From positions 7,778-71,777 of the forward strand of contig CAVXUF010000002.1 of assembly GCA_963764975.1 (NCBI GenBank): a DNA stretch of 64,000 nucleotides, written 5' to 3'. Shown piece by piece: positions 21,538-31,208 of this stretch (position 1 is the first letter of the stretch; each line of letters begins with the position of its first letter). This DNA is from an uncultured Chloroflexia bacterium (GTDB lineage Bacteria > Chloroflexota > Limnocylindria > Limnocylindrales > CSP1-4). The position numbers and the translations under genes are program-made. The notes beneath the pieces were generated by a model. It worked only from the letters and a program-made list of their open reading frames with translations. It did no database searches and was not told the origin of the DNA.

Positions 21538-21645
21538 ATGACGTTCGATCCGACCCTCGCGCTGATCATGCCGGCCGCCATCGTCCTGGCGTTCATCGCC
21601 GAGATGGCCGTCCTGATCCTGCGGAAGTCCGAGGACTACCAGTAG
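21538..21645 (+). CDS. Small single-TM membrane protein (35 aa)
   Basis: MTFDPTLALIMPAAIVLAFIAEMAVLILRKSEDYQ; GAGGA SD; high GC3; not in ORF track. Confidence 0.55.
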   Translation: MTFDPTLALIMPAAIVLAFIAEMAVLILRKSEDYQ

Positions 21646-21740
21646 GTTCGACTCCCTTGGGCACGCTCGGGCGACGTTCGTGAGTCCTTCGGCGCACACG
21701 GGTACCCGGGGGCGTCACGCTTGACCGTTCTGCGGGACGT

Positions 21741-21769
21741 TTGACCGTTCCGCCGCCGAACCCCACGCT
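21741..21769 (+). promoter_or_regulatory. Sigma70-type promoter for a leaderless GH18 gene
   Basis: TTGACC-N17-CACGCT, 6 nt before ATG 21776; TTGACCGTTC is duplicated at 21721. Confidence 0.5.
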
Positions 21770-21775
21770 TCCGCG

Positions 21776-22999
21776 ATGACCCGTCGACCGCCGTTCGCGC
21801 TCGTCATCGTGCTCATCACCACGTCGGTCGTGGCGGGCACGATCGGGCTCGCCGCGTTGCTGAGCGGTGGCTCTGGCCCGCTTGGGGCTGTCGGCGCTGG
21901 GGCGACCGCCGCGCCACCGACCGCCGTCCCGACGATCACGCCCATCCCCACGCCTCGCCCCATCCCGGGGCATGAGCTCTTCGGATACGTCCCGTACTGG
22001 GAGATGGATCGCGGGATCGCCGCGCACCTGGCCGACACGGAGCTGACGACCCTGGCCCTGTTCTCCGTCACGAATCGCCGGAACGGGACGCTCAACCAGA
22101 CCCTCGATGGCTTCAAGAAGATCGTCGGGCCCATCGGTCAGCAGGTCATCCGCGAGGCGCGCGACCGCGGGGTCCGGGTCGAGATCGTGTTCAGCAGCTT
22201 CGGCCATGAACGCAACGCCCGGCTGTTCGGCGGTTCGATCGAGGGTCAGGACACGGTCATCGCGTCGCTGGTGGACTTCGCCGGCGAGATCGGCGTCGAT
22301 GGCGTCAACGTCGATGTCGAGCTGCTCGGGAGCGATCTGGTGGCGTCGTACGGCGGGTTCCTCACCCGGCTGCGCGAGGCCCTTCGCGTCGATCATCCCA
22401 AGGCGCACGTGTCGGTCGCGACCACGGCGAACGAGGGTGGCGTGGCGATGGCGGCGGCGGCCTCGACGGCCGGCGTGGATCGGATCTTCCTGATGGGTTA
22501 CGACTACCACTGGTCCGGGTCCGCGCCGGGCGCGTCGGCGCCGCTCGATCGCGTCGACGGCGACCCGAAGGACCTGGTCTGGTCGCTGGACCTGTACGAG
22601 GCCGCGGGCGTGCCGGTCGAACGGACCGTGCTGGGGCTCCCGCTCTACGGGATGTCGTGGCCCGTCGACAGCGACGAACCCGATGCGGCGCACATCGGTC
22701 GCGGGTCGACATGGGATCCGAGCCAGAACCTGGATGTGCTCGACGACCCGACGATCGTACCCACGCTCGACCCGATCGAGATGGTCCAGGTCTACCGGCT
22801 CCAGGTGACCGAGGACGACGGCCGGCCCGGCTGGCGGGCGGTCTACGTGGACTCGGCCGAGACCTTGGCCGCCAAGATGGCGCTCGCCGACGACCGTGGG
22901 CTGGCGGGGGCGGGGTTCTGGGCCATCGGCTACGAGCGCGGGCAGCCGGACATCACCAAGCTGATCAAGCGGTTCGGGGCCGGCCGGCTCGGCGAGTAG
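21776..22999 (+). CDS. Glycoside hydrolase family 18, membrane-anchored or secreted
   Basis: DGVNVDVE catalytic motif, LMGYDYH, LGLPLYG, GAGFWAIGYE. Confidence 0.9.
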   Translation: MTRRPPFALVIVLITTSVVAGTIGLAALLSGGSGPLGAVGAGATAAPPTAVPTITPIPTPRPIPGHELFGYVPYWEMDRGIAAHLADTELTTLALFSVTNRRNGTLNQTLDGFKKIVGPIGQQVIREARDRGVRVEIVFSSFGHERNARLFGGSIEGQDTVIASLVDFAGEIGVDGVNVDVELLGSDLVASYGGFLTRLREALRVDHPKAHVSVATTANEGGVAMAAAASTAGVDRIFLMGYDYHWSGSAPGASAPLDRVDGDPKDLVWSLDLYEAAGVPVERTVLGLPLYGMSWPVDSDEPDAAHIGRGSTWDPSQNLDVLDDPTIVPTLDPIEMVQVYRLQVTEDDGRPGWRAVYVDSAETLAAKMALADDRGLAGAGFWAIGYERGQPDITKLIKRFGAGRLGE

Positions 23000-23015
23000 C
23001 GGCGGGAGCCTTGAC

Positions 23016-23258
23016 GTGACCAGATCCATCGACCTGCGCGTGACCATCGAGGACGACGCGGACCTCGACGAACTCGAGCGCGCCCTGCTCAAGGCGCGCG
23101 CCGCAGAACTCGGTGAGGCTCGACGGCGACACGTGCGCCTGACCGCCGGCTACGGCGACGCGACGAACCGGGATGTCATGGACGACGAGGCGCGCCGCGC
23201 AGATACCCGACACCGCCTCCTCGGCGCGCTGCTGGAGGCGCTTCGCCGGGCTCTCTGA
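23016..23258 (+). CDS. Hypothetical protein
   Basis: GGGAG SD, helical 80-aa ORF directly after the GH18 gene. Confidence 0.6.
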   Translation: MTRSIDLRVTIEDDADLDELERALLKARAAELGEARRRHVRLTAGYGDATNRDVMDDEARRADTRHRLLGALLEALRRAL

Positions 23259-23392
23259 CCGAAGCGGTCACCGTGGCGTGCGCCGGAACGTTGTCGTAAC
23301 GGTATCGGGGGACGATATCGCGCATGGCGGAAGACGACCGGCGACCGATGCCACGACGGGATGTCACAGCGGGCGGCGAAGGTGAGTGACAC

Positions 23393-23893
23393 GTGCGCGA
23401 CCTGACACAGTGGGTCATCGCCGCGGCGGTCGCGTGCGCGGTCGTCGTGCTCGCGGCATCGATCGTCTTCGACGGTCGACTGGACACCCATCATGCGCAG
23501 TTTCATGCGGTGATCGCGGTCGTGCTCCTCGGCGGCAGCGTGGTCCTGCTGCGTGCCCGGCCCGCCCTCGGTATCGGCGCACGCGCCTTGATGCTCGGCT
23601 TCATCGCCTTTGCGGTTGCGCAACTGGTCGAGGCAGCTGGGGCGTTCGGGTTCGGGGCAGATGGCTACGCGCAAGTCAACGGGATGGTGGCCCTCCACGA
23701 CCTTGGCCTGGAGCTGGCGGCGCCAGGCCTCCTGCTGTTCGGCGCCGGCGTCGTGGTGGCGGTCACGTCGGTCGGCTCGAGCATCGCGTCGCGGTGGATC
23801 CCGCGCTCGTTCGCCGCCCTGGTCATCGGCGCGGTCGGTGTCGTCGTCGTCGGCGTACCGATCCTCGCGATGATGGGCCTGCTCGGGTCGTAG
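23393..23893 (+). CDS. Hypothetical membrane protein (His-containing loops)
   Basis: About 5 TM segments; THHAQFH loop. Confidence 0.65.
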   Translation: MRDLTQWVIAAAVACAVVVLAASIVFDGRLDTHHAQFHAVIAVVLLGGSVVLLRARPALGIGARALMLGFIAFAVAQLVEAAGAFGFGADGYAQVNGMVALHDLGLELAAPGLLLFGAGVVVAVTSVGSSIASRWIPRSFAALVIGAVGVVVVGVPILAMMGLLGS

Positions 23894-23963
23894 GCGCGGG
23901 GCCGCCGCCCGATGGCTGGGCCGGCGGCACTCGCAGCTCCATCGTTTCGGGTAGCCTCCATCG

Positions 23964-25181
23964 GTGTCCCACACCCCTGCGGTCCCTGTCGCGGCTCGCG
24001 TTCCCCTTGCCGCGATCGCCGCGCTGTTCCTCGCGTCGATCGCGCTTCGACCGCAGATCCTCGCGATCGGGCCGCTCCTCCCGTTGATCCGCGCCGACCT
24101 CTCGCTGTCCGCCAGCGTCGGAGGGCTCCTGACGACCATCCCGATCCTGTGCATGGGGATCTTCGCGCCCTTCGGACCGCGGATCGCCGCCCGCCTGGGC
24201 GCCGGGCCAGCCCTGACGGCCTGCCTGCTGATCATCGGCGGGTTCGGTCTGCTTCGAGCCGGCGCCCCCAACGTGCCCATCCTGCTGCTCAGCACGCTCG
24301 GTCTCGGCATCGGGATCGGCATGTCCGGCGCGATCCCGTCCATGGTGGTCGCCCAGCGGATCTCGATGCGGCCGGCGCTCGGCACCGGCGCCTACGCGGG
24401 CGGGATCACCCTCGGCTCGGCGTTGGCTGCCGCGATCGCGGTCCCGCTCGCTGGGGCGGAGCAGGATTGGCGCCGGGCGCTTCTGATCATCTCCATCGCG
24501 ACCCTGGTCCCGCTCGCGGCCTGGCTGGTCCTGATCCGGCCGGACGCCGCCGCCCGCCCGATCGAGGCTCGAGCCCCGCGACTCCCGTGGCGGAGTAGCA
24601 CGGCGTGGCTGCTCGTGATCGTCTTCGGACTCCAGTCGGTCCTCTATCACGGCGTCTCCGCGTGGCTGCCCAACGTCCTCGTCGAGCGTGGTTGGACCCC
24701 GATCGACGCCGGCGCCCAGGTGGGGCTGTTCAACGGGATCTCGCTGGTCTCGACGCTCGGGGTGCCCTTCGTCGCCGATCGGCTGGGCGACCGGCGACAG
24801 CAGGCGGTGATCGCCGCCGTAGGAATCTTCGTCGGGCTGGTTGGACTCGTGACCGTCCCGCCACTGGCGGTCGCCTGGGTGCTCCTGACGGGACTGGCGA
24901 TCGGGATGATCTTCCCGCTTGTGCTGACGCTCCCGATCGACGTCGCCGACGGGCCGACGCAGGTGGGATCGGTCGCCGCGTTCATGCTGCTCGGAGGCTA
25001 TGTCCTCTCGTCAGTCGGCCCGATCGTCCTCGGCTTCGCGCGCGACCTCACGGGCGACTTCGAGGCCAGCCTCTGGCTCCTGGTCGCGTTAGGCGTGCTA
25101 CTCGTGATCGGCTGCCTGTCATTGACCCCCGACCGGCTCCATCACGGGATCACGCGTCGCTCGACGTCGCCCACAGGTTGA
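23964..25181 (+). CDS. MFS transporter, CynX/NimT family
   Basis: IALRPQILAIGPLLPLIRADL, GLLTTIPILCMGIFAP, FGLQS, GPIVLGFARDLTG. Confidence 0.9.
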   Translation: MSHTPAVPVAARVPLAAIAALFLASIALRPQILAIGPLLPLIRADLSLSASVGGLLTTIPILCMGIFAPFGPRIAARLGAGPALTACLLIIGGFGLLRAGAPNVPILLLSTLGLGIGIGMSGAIPSMVVAQRISMRPALGTGAYAGGITLGSALAAAIAVPLAGAEQDWRRALLIISIATLVPLAAWLVLIRPDAAARPIEARAPRLPWRSSTAWLLVIVFGLQSVLYHGVSAWLPNVLVERGWTPIDAGAQVGLFNGISLVSTLGVPFVADRLGDRRQQAVIAAVGIFVGLVGLVTVPPLAVAWVLLTGLAIGMIFPLVLTLPIDVADGPTQVGSVAAFMLLGGYVLSSVGPIVLGFARDLTGDFEASLWLLVALGVLLVIGCLSLTPDRLHHGITRRSTSPTG

Positions 25182-25491
25182 TGCCGCCGTCGGTGGCATA
25201 GCGGTCGATCTCGGCGAGTTCGTCCGGTTCGAAACCGAGGCGATCCAGCGCGTCGAGGTTCTGGTCGAGCTGGGCGACCGAGCTGGCCCCCACGAGCACC
25301 GACGTCACCCGCTCGTCCTTGAGCAGCCAGGCGATGGCCATCTGGGCCAGGGTCTGTCCACGACCCGCCGCGATCCTGGCGAGCGCCCGGACCTTGCCCA
25401 GGTTCTCGTCGGACAGCATCGCCTGGTCGAAGGACTTGCCCTGGGACGCCCGGGCATCGGCCGGGACGCCGTCGAGGTGGTCGATCAGGCC
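25150..25491 (-). pseudogene. 3' fragment of an aldo-keto reductase (YghZ/MgrA-like)
   Basis: GLIDHLDGVPADARA...RGQTLAQMAIAWLL...TSVLVGASSVAQLDQNL...INLW; the N-terminal two thirds are absent. Confidence 0.75.
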
Positions 25492-26318
25492 GCTGGATCC
25501 GTGTCCCGGGGGAACGCCCCGTCGATCTCCGCGAACGGCGTCCCGCGGTTGAGGCCGGCGAACGTGCCGTGGTCAGCGATCTCGCCCGCCGCCCCAAGGA
25601 AGGCGGCCCAGGCGACCCGGGCGAGCCCGCCGCCCACACTGATCCGTCGGACCCCGAGGTCCGTGAGCTCGGCGAGCGTCGCGAAGTCGGTGAAGGCGAG
25701 CACGTTGACCGGCTTCGGCGCGACCGCGTGGACGACGGCGGCGACCTCGTCCACGGTGCCGAGCCGCGGGGCGTAGAGACAGTCGGCGCCAACGTCGGCG
25801 TATGCCTGCAGTCTGCGGATCGTCTCGGCCAGGTCCGGCCGTCCGATGACGAATCCCTCCGACCGGGCCGTCAGCAGGACCCGGCTCCCGCTCTCGTCGA
25901 TCGCCTGCCGAGCGGCGCGGACCCTGGCGACCGACAGGTCGAAGTCGAACAGGGGATTCGCCGGATCGCCACTGGAGTCCTCGATCGACAGCCCGGCGAT
26001 GCCGGTCTCGGCAGCGCGAAGGACGTTGGCGGCCACCTGGTCCGGTTCGACGGCGAACCCGCCCTCGAAGTCCGCGTTGACCGGGATTTCTACCGATCCA
26101 GCGACCGCGCGAAGGTGTTGCAGCATCTGCTCAAGCGTGACGCCGTTGTCCGGCCGGCCCTGTGACCAGGCGAACCCGGCGCTCGTGGTGGCCAACGCCT
26201 TGAACCCGAGGCCTGCCAGCAGGCGGGCACTGCCCACGTCCCACGGGTTCGGCATGACGAAGCAGCCAGACGCATGGAGCGCACGGAACGCCTCAAAGCG
26301 GTCAGTCGACACCTGCAT
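25485..26318 (-). CDS. Isocitrate lyase/PEP mutase family protein
   Basis: FRALHASGCFVMPNPWDVGSA, LATTSAG, PVNADFEGG, GLSIED, LGVRRISVGG. Confidence 0.92.
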   Translation of the reverse strand: MQVSTDRFEAFRALHASGCFVMPNPWDVGSARLLAGLGFKALATTSAGFAWSQGRPDNGVTLEQMLQHLRAVAGSVEIPVNADFEGGFAVEPDQVAANVLRAAETGIAGLSIEDSSGDPANPLFDFDLSVARVRAARQAIDESGSRVLLTARSEGFVIGRPDLAETIRRLQAYADVGADCLYAPRLGTVDEVAAVVHAVAPKPVNVLAFTDFATLAELTDLGVRRISVGGGLARVAWAAFLGAAGEIADHGTFAGLNRGTPFAEIDGAFPRDTDPAA

Positions 26319-26367
26319 TCGAGGAGCGTACCAGCACGGATGATGGTCCGGGGAGCCCCGACCACCG

Positions 26368-26384
26368 ATACCCCCAGTGGGTAT
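26368..26384. promoter_or_regulatory. CsoR/RicR-type operator-like palindrome
   Basis: ATACCC-CCAGT-GGGTAT matches TACCC-N5-GGGTA. Confidence 0.5.
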
Positions 26385-26394
26385 TGACAAGGTC

Positions 26395-26424
26395 TTGACA
26401 AACGACCCTGTTTCGAGGCACAAT
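26395..26424 (+). promoter_or_regulatory. Sigma70 promoter of dnaG-rpoD
   Basis: TTGACA-N18-CACAAT. Confidence 0.6.
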
Positions 26425-26513
26425 CCGGAGCAGAAGGGCTTGTCAAGACTTGACAGGCCCACAGGCATGTCCGGCACCTGGCAGGGTGGTCGAGCGAGTC
26501 CAGGAGGCGCCGT

Positions 26514-28406
26514 TTGTCGGTCGGAGTGACCGCCGAAGTCAAGAGCAAGCTGTCGGTCGTCGAGGTCGTCGGCGAGACGGTGTCGCTCAAGAAGGCCGGA
26601 ACCACGTACAAGGGCCTGTGCCCGTTCCACGGCGAGAAGACGCCGTCGTTCGTGGTCACCCCGGGCCGCGAGAACTGGCACTGCTTCGGCTGCGGCCTCG
26701 GAGGCGACATCTTCAGTTTCGTGATGCAGCGCGATGGCGTCCCGTTCGTGGAGGCGCTGCGCACGCTCGCCCAGCGGGCCGGCGTCGAGATCGACGAGCG
26801 CACGAAGCGCGAGGACGCCCGCAAGGCTCGGCTCCGCACGGTCCTCGACTCGGCGATCGCCTTCTACCACGCGGTCCTGACCTCCTCGAAGACCGGCGCC
26901 GCCGCCCTCGAATACCTGCACGGTCGCGGGTTCACCGACGAGACCATCGAGACGCACCAGCTCGGTTGGGCGCCGTCTGGCTGGGATTCGATGACGCGCA
27001 CGCTCGCCACCAAGCGCGATGTCCGGCCCGAGGAGCTCGTGGAGGTTGGCCTCGCCTCACCGCGGACCAGCGGCCGGGGTGGCGTCTACGACAAGTTCCG
27101 CGCCCGCGTCCTCTTCCCGATCCGCGATGCGTCCGGTCACGCCGTGGGTCTCGGTGGCCGGCTGCTGGAAGGGGAGGGGCCCAAGTACCTGAACTCCCCG
27201 GCGACCCCGCTGTTCGACAAGAGCCGGACGCTCTACCTCATCGACCGCGCGAAGGGCCCGATCCGCCGCCAGAAGCTGGCGGTCATCGTGGAGGGCTACA
27301 CGGACGCGCTGATGGCGCACCAGGCCGGGTTCGACAATGTCGTCGCGAGCCTTGGCACCGCGCTCACGCCCGGCCAGGTCGCCCTCCTGACCCGCTACGC
27401 CGAACGGATCGTGCTCGCCTATGACGTCGACGCGGCCGGCGAGAAGGCCGGCACGCTCGGCGTGACCGCGCTCGCCGAGCTCATCCGCCAGCTCCAGGCG
27501 GACGCCTCGGGGGTCAAGCTCGAGGACGTGCGCGTGGCCCGTCTTCCGGCTGGCCAGGATCCCGACGAGGTGGTTCGCGAGACCCCCGCTGCCTGGCCGA
27601 CGATCATCAGCGCCGCCAAGCCCCTCGTCGACTACCTCATCGGCCACCACGCCGAGCGGTTCGATCTCAAGCAGTCGTCGGGTCGCATCGGCTTCGTGGA
27701 TGCGGTCATGCCGTCCATCCGCGACATCGATGACCCGCTCCGTCGCGACGAGGCGCTCCAGGAGGTCCGGCGCGTGTCGGGTGTCGAGGAGCGCGTCCTG
27801 CGCCAGGTGCTCGATCGCCGCCTCGCCGCCACGGGGCCGGGCAGGGCCGGGGATCGCCAGTCGCGCATCTCCGCGGATTCGGTCCTGTCGTCGCCGGACG
27901 CCCTCCCGATCCGGGACATCCTTCGGGGCGTGACGCCGGTGGAAGCCGAGTTGCTTCGGCTGCTGCTGATCGTCCCGGATGTCCAGCTTCGCGTCGTCGA
28001 GGAGCTCGGCCCGGATCAGTTGCCGTCCACGCTGGCTCGCGAGCTCTACCGGGCCATCGTCCTGCAGCGCGCCCCGAACGACGCCGGGGTCCACCCGCCG
28101 TTCGACCGCGATGCCCTGCTGCTCGGGCTCGACACGGAAACGCGGGCGCTCGCCCAGGCGTCGTATGCCGTGGGTGGGCCGATGCCCGAGGCACGCGAGG
28201 TGGATCGCCTGCTCATCGATCTCGAGATCGACCAGATCCGCGATCTCGCCGACTACAACGAAGCCGCCCTGCTCGAGGCGGAGCGCGATGGTGACGCCGA
28301 GGCGATCGCCACGCTCATGGCCAAGGGCCGTCAGATCAACGAAACGCGCCGGTCGCTCGACCGACGTCGAGACCAGACCCGGCTGCTCGCCGGACCCCGG
28401 AGGTAA
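26514..28406 (+). CDS. dnaG: DNA primase
   Basis: CPFHGEKTPSF...CFGC zinc finger, PKYLNSP, VEGYTD TOPRIM, YDVDAAG, DPDE. Confidence 0.97.
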   Translation: MSVGVTAEVKSKLSVVEVVGETVSLKKAGTTYKGLCPFHGEKTPSFVVTPGRENWHCFGCGLGGDIFSFVMQRDGVPFVEALRTLAQRAGVEIDERTKREDARKARLRTVLDSAIAFYHAVLTSSKTGAAALEYLHGRGFTDETIETHQLGWAPSGWDSMTRTLATKRDVRPEELVEVGLASPRTSGRGGVYDKFRARVLFPIRDASGHAVGLGGRLLEGEGPKYLNSPATPLFDKSRTLYLIDRAKGPIRRQKLAVIVEGYTDALMAHQAGFDNVVASLGTALTPGQVALLTRYAERIVLAYDVDAAGEKAGTLGVTALAELIRQLQADASGVKLEDVRVARLPAGQDPDEVVRETPAAWPTIISAAKPLVDYLIGHHAERFDLKQSSGRIGFVDAVMPSIRDIDDPLRRDEALQEVRRVSGVEERVLRQVLDRRLAATGPGRAGDRQSRISADSVLSSPDALPIRDILRGVTPVEAELLRLLLIVPDVQLRVVEELGPDQLPSTLARELYRAIVLQRAPNDAGVHPPFDRDALLLGLDTETRALAQASYAVGGPMPEAREVDRLLIDLEIDQIRDLADYNEAALLEAERDGDAEAIATLMAKGRQINETRRSLDRRRDQTRLLAGPRR

Positions 28407-28409
28407 CGC

Positions 28410-30137
28410 ATGTCCGCTGACCCGCTCGATAAGCAACTCGTGGAGGCCGTCCTGTCCCGACCCCGTCGGGGCAAGGCCGAGATGGAGGAGGCCAAGCTTG
28501 CCGGCCTCCGACCCTCCCGCGCCAAGGCCACCACCGCCGTCGCCAGTGATGACGATGACGATGACGACGATGACGATCTCGACCTCGGGCCGGACGCCGA
28601 GGCAGATGGCGACGTGACCGTGGTGGTCGAGGAGGACGGGGCCTCCGGCGACCCGGCCGCCCGCCTCCCGGCCGATGCGCCCGCGCGCATCGATCCGAAG
28701 GAGGTAGAGGAGCCCACCGCCGAGGACCTCGAGGCGATCAGTGCCGACATGATCGGCATCGACGACCCGGTCCGGATGTACCTCAAGGAGATCGGCAAGG
28801 TCGCGCTCCTCACCGCCGAGGAAGAGGTGGTCCTGGCCAAGGCGATCGAGCTCGGCGAGCAGATGGTCGAGGCGCCGTGGATGGCCATCGTGTCGCTCCA
28901 CGAGTGGACGCTCCACGACACGGAGCGCAAGACCCGGACCGCCAAGCAGCAGCACCGCCTGCCGCTCGGCCCTGAGGCGCACGAGATGGTTCGCCAGGCG
29001 ATGTCGCACAAGGGCGCCAAGAACCTGCTGGTCCAGACGCCGGACTTCCACCTGGTGAAGGCCGGCCGCGACGCGCAGTCCGATGGGACGAAGGAGCGCC
29101 TCAAGGAGGCGAAGAAGCTCCTCCACGCCTACAACGACGCGCCGTCCCCGGCCGCCTTCCTCGAACTGCTCGACTGGGCGTACCTCGCCGTCCACAACGG
29201 TGACCTGGACTCGCGTGACAACGTCGGACTGCGCGCCATCTACGACTGGACCCGCGACGAGGTCGCGTTCCTGGGACTCCAGCGCTGGGTGGAGGCTGGC
29301 AACGACGCCGAGCTCCTCAAGCGCATGGGCTTCGACCCCGAAGTGCCGCTCAACACCAAGTTGCGCGACCGCAAGGGCGAGATCGTCGTCATCGGGCGTG
29401 ACGCGCGCGAGCAGCTGACGTCCGCGAACCTTCGGCTCGTCGTGTCGATCGCGAAGAAGTACATCGGTCGTGGGATGTCGTTCCTGGACCTGATCCAGGA
29501 AGGCAACATCGGCCTGATCCGGGCGGTCGAGAAGTTCGACTTCGAAAAGGGCTTCAAGTTCTCCACGTACGCGACGTGGTGGATCCGCCAGGCCATCACG
29601 CGGGCGATCGCGGACCAGGCGCGGACGATCCGCATCCCGGTCCACATGGTGGAGACCATCAACCGACTGATCCGGGTATCGCGTGGCCTGCTCCAGGAGC
29701 TGGGTCGCGAGCCCACGGTCGAGGAGATCGCCGAGGCGATGTCCAAGGGCCAGGAGGTGCAGGTCACCCCGGAGAAGGTCCGCGAGATCATCAAGGTCTC
29801 GCAGGAGCCGGTTTCGTTGGAGACGCCGATCGGTGAGGAGGAGGACTCGCACCTCGGGGACTTCATCGAGGACCGCGGGGCACTGGCCCCGGCCGAGGCG
29901 GCCTCGCATCAGCTGCTCAAGGAGCAGGTCGAAGCGGTGCTGGACTCCCTCACCGGTCGTGAGCGGCGGGTGTTGCAGCTTCGGTTCGGGCTGGAGGACG
30001 GGCGTGCCCGGACCCTCGAGGAGGTCGGCAAGGAGTTCAACGTCACGCGCGAGCGGATCCGCCAGATCGAGGCGAAGGCGCTGCGCAAGCTCCGCCACCC
30101 GTCCCGGAGCCGCAAGCTCAAGGACTACCTGGAGTAG
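28410..30137 (+). CDS. rpoD: Primary RNA polymerase sigma factor
   Basis: [77 protein letters not shown]. Confidence 0.98.
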   Translation: MSADPLDKQLVEAVLSRPRRGKAEMEEAKLAGLRPSRAKATTAVASDDDDDDDDDDLDLGPDAEADGDVTVVVEEDGASGDPAARLPADAPARIDPKEVEEPTAEDLEAISADMIGIDDPVRMYLKEIGKVALLTAEEEVVLAKAIELGEQMVEAPWMAIVSLHEWTLHDTERKTRTAKQQHRLPLGPEAHEMVRQAMSHKGAKNLLVQTPDFHLVKAGRDAQSDGTKERLKEAKKLLHAYNDAPSPAAFLELLDWAYLAVHNGDLDSRDNVGLRAIYDWTRDEVAFLGLQRWVEAGNDAELLKRMGFDPEVPLNTKLRDRKGEIVVIGRDAREQLTSANLRLVVSIAKKYIGRGMSFLDLIQEGNIGLIRAVEKFDFEKGFKFSTYATWWIRQAITRAIADQARTIRIPVHMVETINRLIRVSRGLLQELGREPTVEEIAEAMSKGQEVQVTPEKVREIIKVSQEPVSLETPIGEEEDSHLGDFIEDRGALAPAEAASHQLLKEQVEAVLDSLTGRERRVLQLRFGLEDGRARTLEEVGKEFNVTRERIRQIEAKALRKLRHPSRSRKLKDYLE

Positions 30138-30295
30138 TCCGGGGAGGTGAGGGCCGGTCCGGAGGGGAGAGTCGCTCCGAAGGCCCGGTCCGGCGGGCGC
30201 CGCGAGTGGTTCCCGTGAGCACCGGAATCGGCCCGTGACCGTTGAGTGCGGCATAGCCCAGAAGTACTATCGCGCCCCACCGGAGGGGTTACACG

Positions 30296-31144
30296 ATGGA
30301 CCGAACGGGCTCTGATCCCGCAGCTTCAACCAGCATGTCGACCGTGGTCGAGGGCGCCACGTCCACGGATGCGCCCGACCTGAGTCGGAGCTTCCTGACC
30401 GAGCTCACGCACGCGATGCAGGCCGCTGCCGAACATCAGCGAGAGGCGACGGACGCCGAGGTCGAGGCGATGACCAACGCCCACCTCGAGCGCGTTCGGA
30501 CGCGCGCGATGGCCGAAGCCGACGAGCTCCGACGGACCGCTCAGGCCGACGTGGACGAGGTCCACGCCTGGCAGCGCGCCGAAGCGGACCGGATCCGTGC
30601 CGAGGCCGAGCGCCGGATCGTCGTGCGTGGCCAGGAACTCGACGGATTTCTGGTCCGACATGGCGCGATCATCGACGGCGAGGTCGAGCATATCGAAGGC
30701 GCCGTCCAGGCGTATCGACAGCGTTTGCGCGATTACTTCGACCAGTTGACGACCGAGAGCAGCCCGGCGGCGATCGCGCGCCTGGCCGACGAACTGCCGG
30801 AACCGCCCGATCTCGCGAAGGTGGGCGTCGAGGCGCGGGTCCAGGCCGTGGCCGCGCTCGCCGCCGAGTCCGGATCGGACGGGGAGACAGCAGCGCACGG
30901 CAGCGGTGGGAGCAACGGCAACGGGACCAACGGCAGCGGGACCAACGGCAGCGGGGCCAACGGCAGCGGCCAGAACGGGAACGGCGACCACGCGAACCCG
31001 GCCGTCCGGCTGCTTCGCTCGCTTGCCACGTTGGCGGCCCCGGCCAAGGCCGCGCCGCCAGTGGGAAGTGCCGAGTCCATCGAGCTCACCGGAACCGAGA
31101 GCGTCGAGGGTATCGCCGAGTCCACGGAGTCCACCGGAGCCTGA
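30296..31144 (+). CDS. Coiled-coil hypothetical protein with a Gly/Asn repeat linker
   Basis: Long Ala/Glu/Arg helical region; GSNGNGTNGSGTNGSGANGSGQNGNG; GGAGG SD. Confidence 0.75.
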   Translation: MDRTGSDPAASTSMSTVVEGATSTDAPDLSRSFLTELTHAMQAAAEHQREATDAEVEAMTNAHLERVRTRAMAEADELRRTAQADVDEVHAWQRAEADRIRAEAERRIVVRGQELDGFLVRHGAIIDGEVEHIEGAVQAYRQRLRDYFDQLTTESSPAAIARLADELPEPPDLAKVGVEARVQAVAALAAESGSDGETAAHGSGGSNGNGTNGSGTNGSGANGSGQNGNGDHANPAVRLLRSLATLAAPAKAAPPVGSAESIELTGTESVEGIAESTESTGA

Positions 31145-31208
31145 GCCCCAGCTCCGGCGCGGGCGGAGGCGGAGGCCAAGCCACACTCGAACGGGGGCTC
31201 AGCCCGCT

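Noticed and set aside
23616-23623. TTGCGCAA core as an additional parS-like site
   Set aside because: Flanks do not match GTCY/RGAC.
27057-30254. 1065-aa minus-strand ORF
   Set aside because: Antisense shadow of dnaG-rpoD caused by high GC3; the same applies to most long overlapping ORFs in the track.
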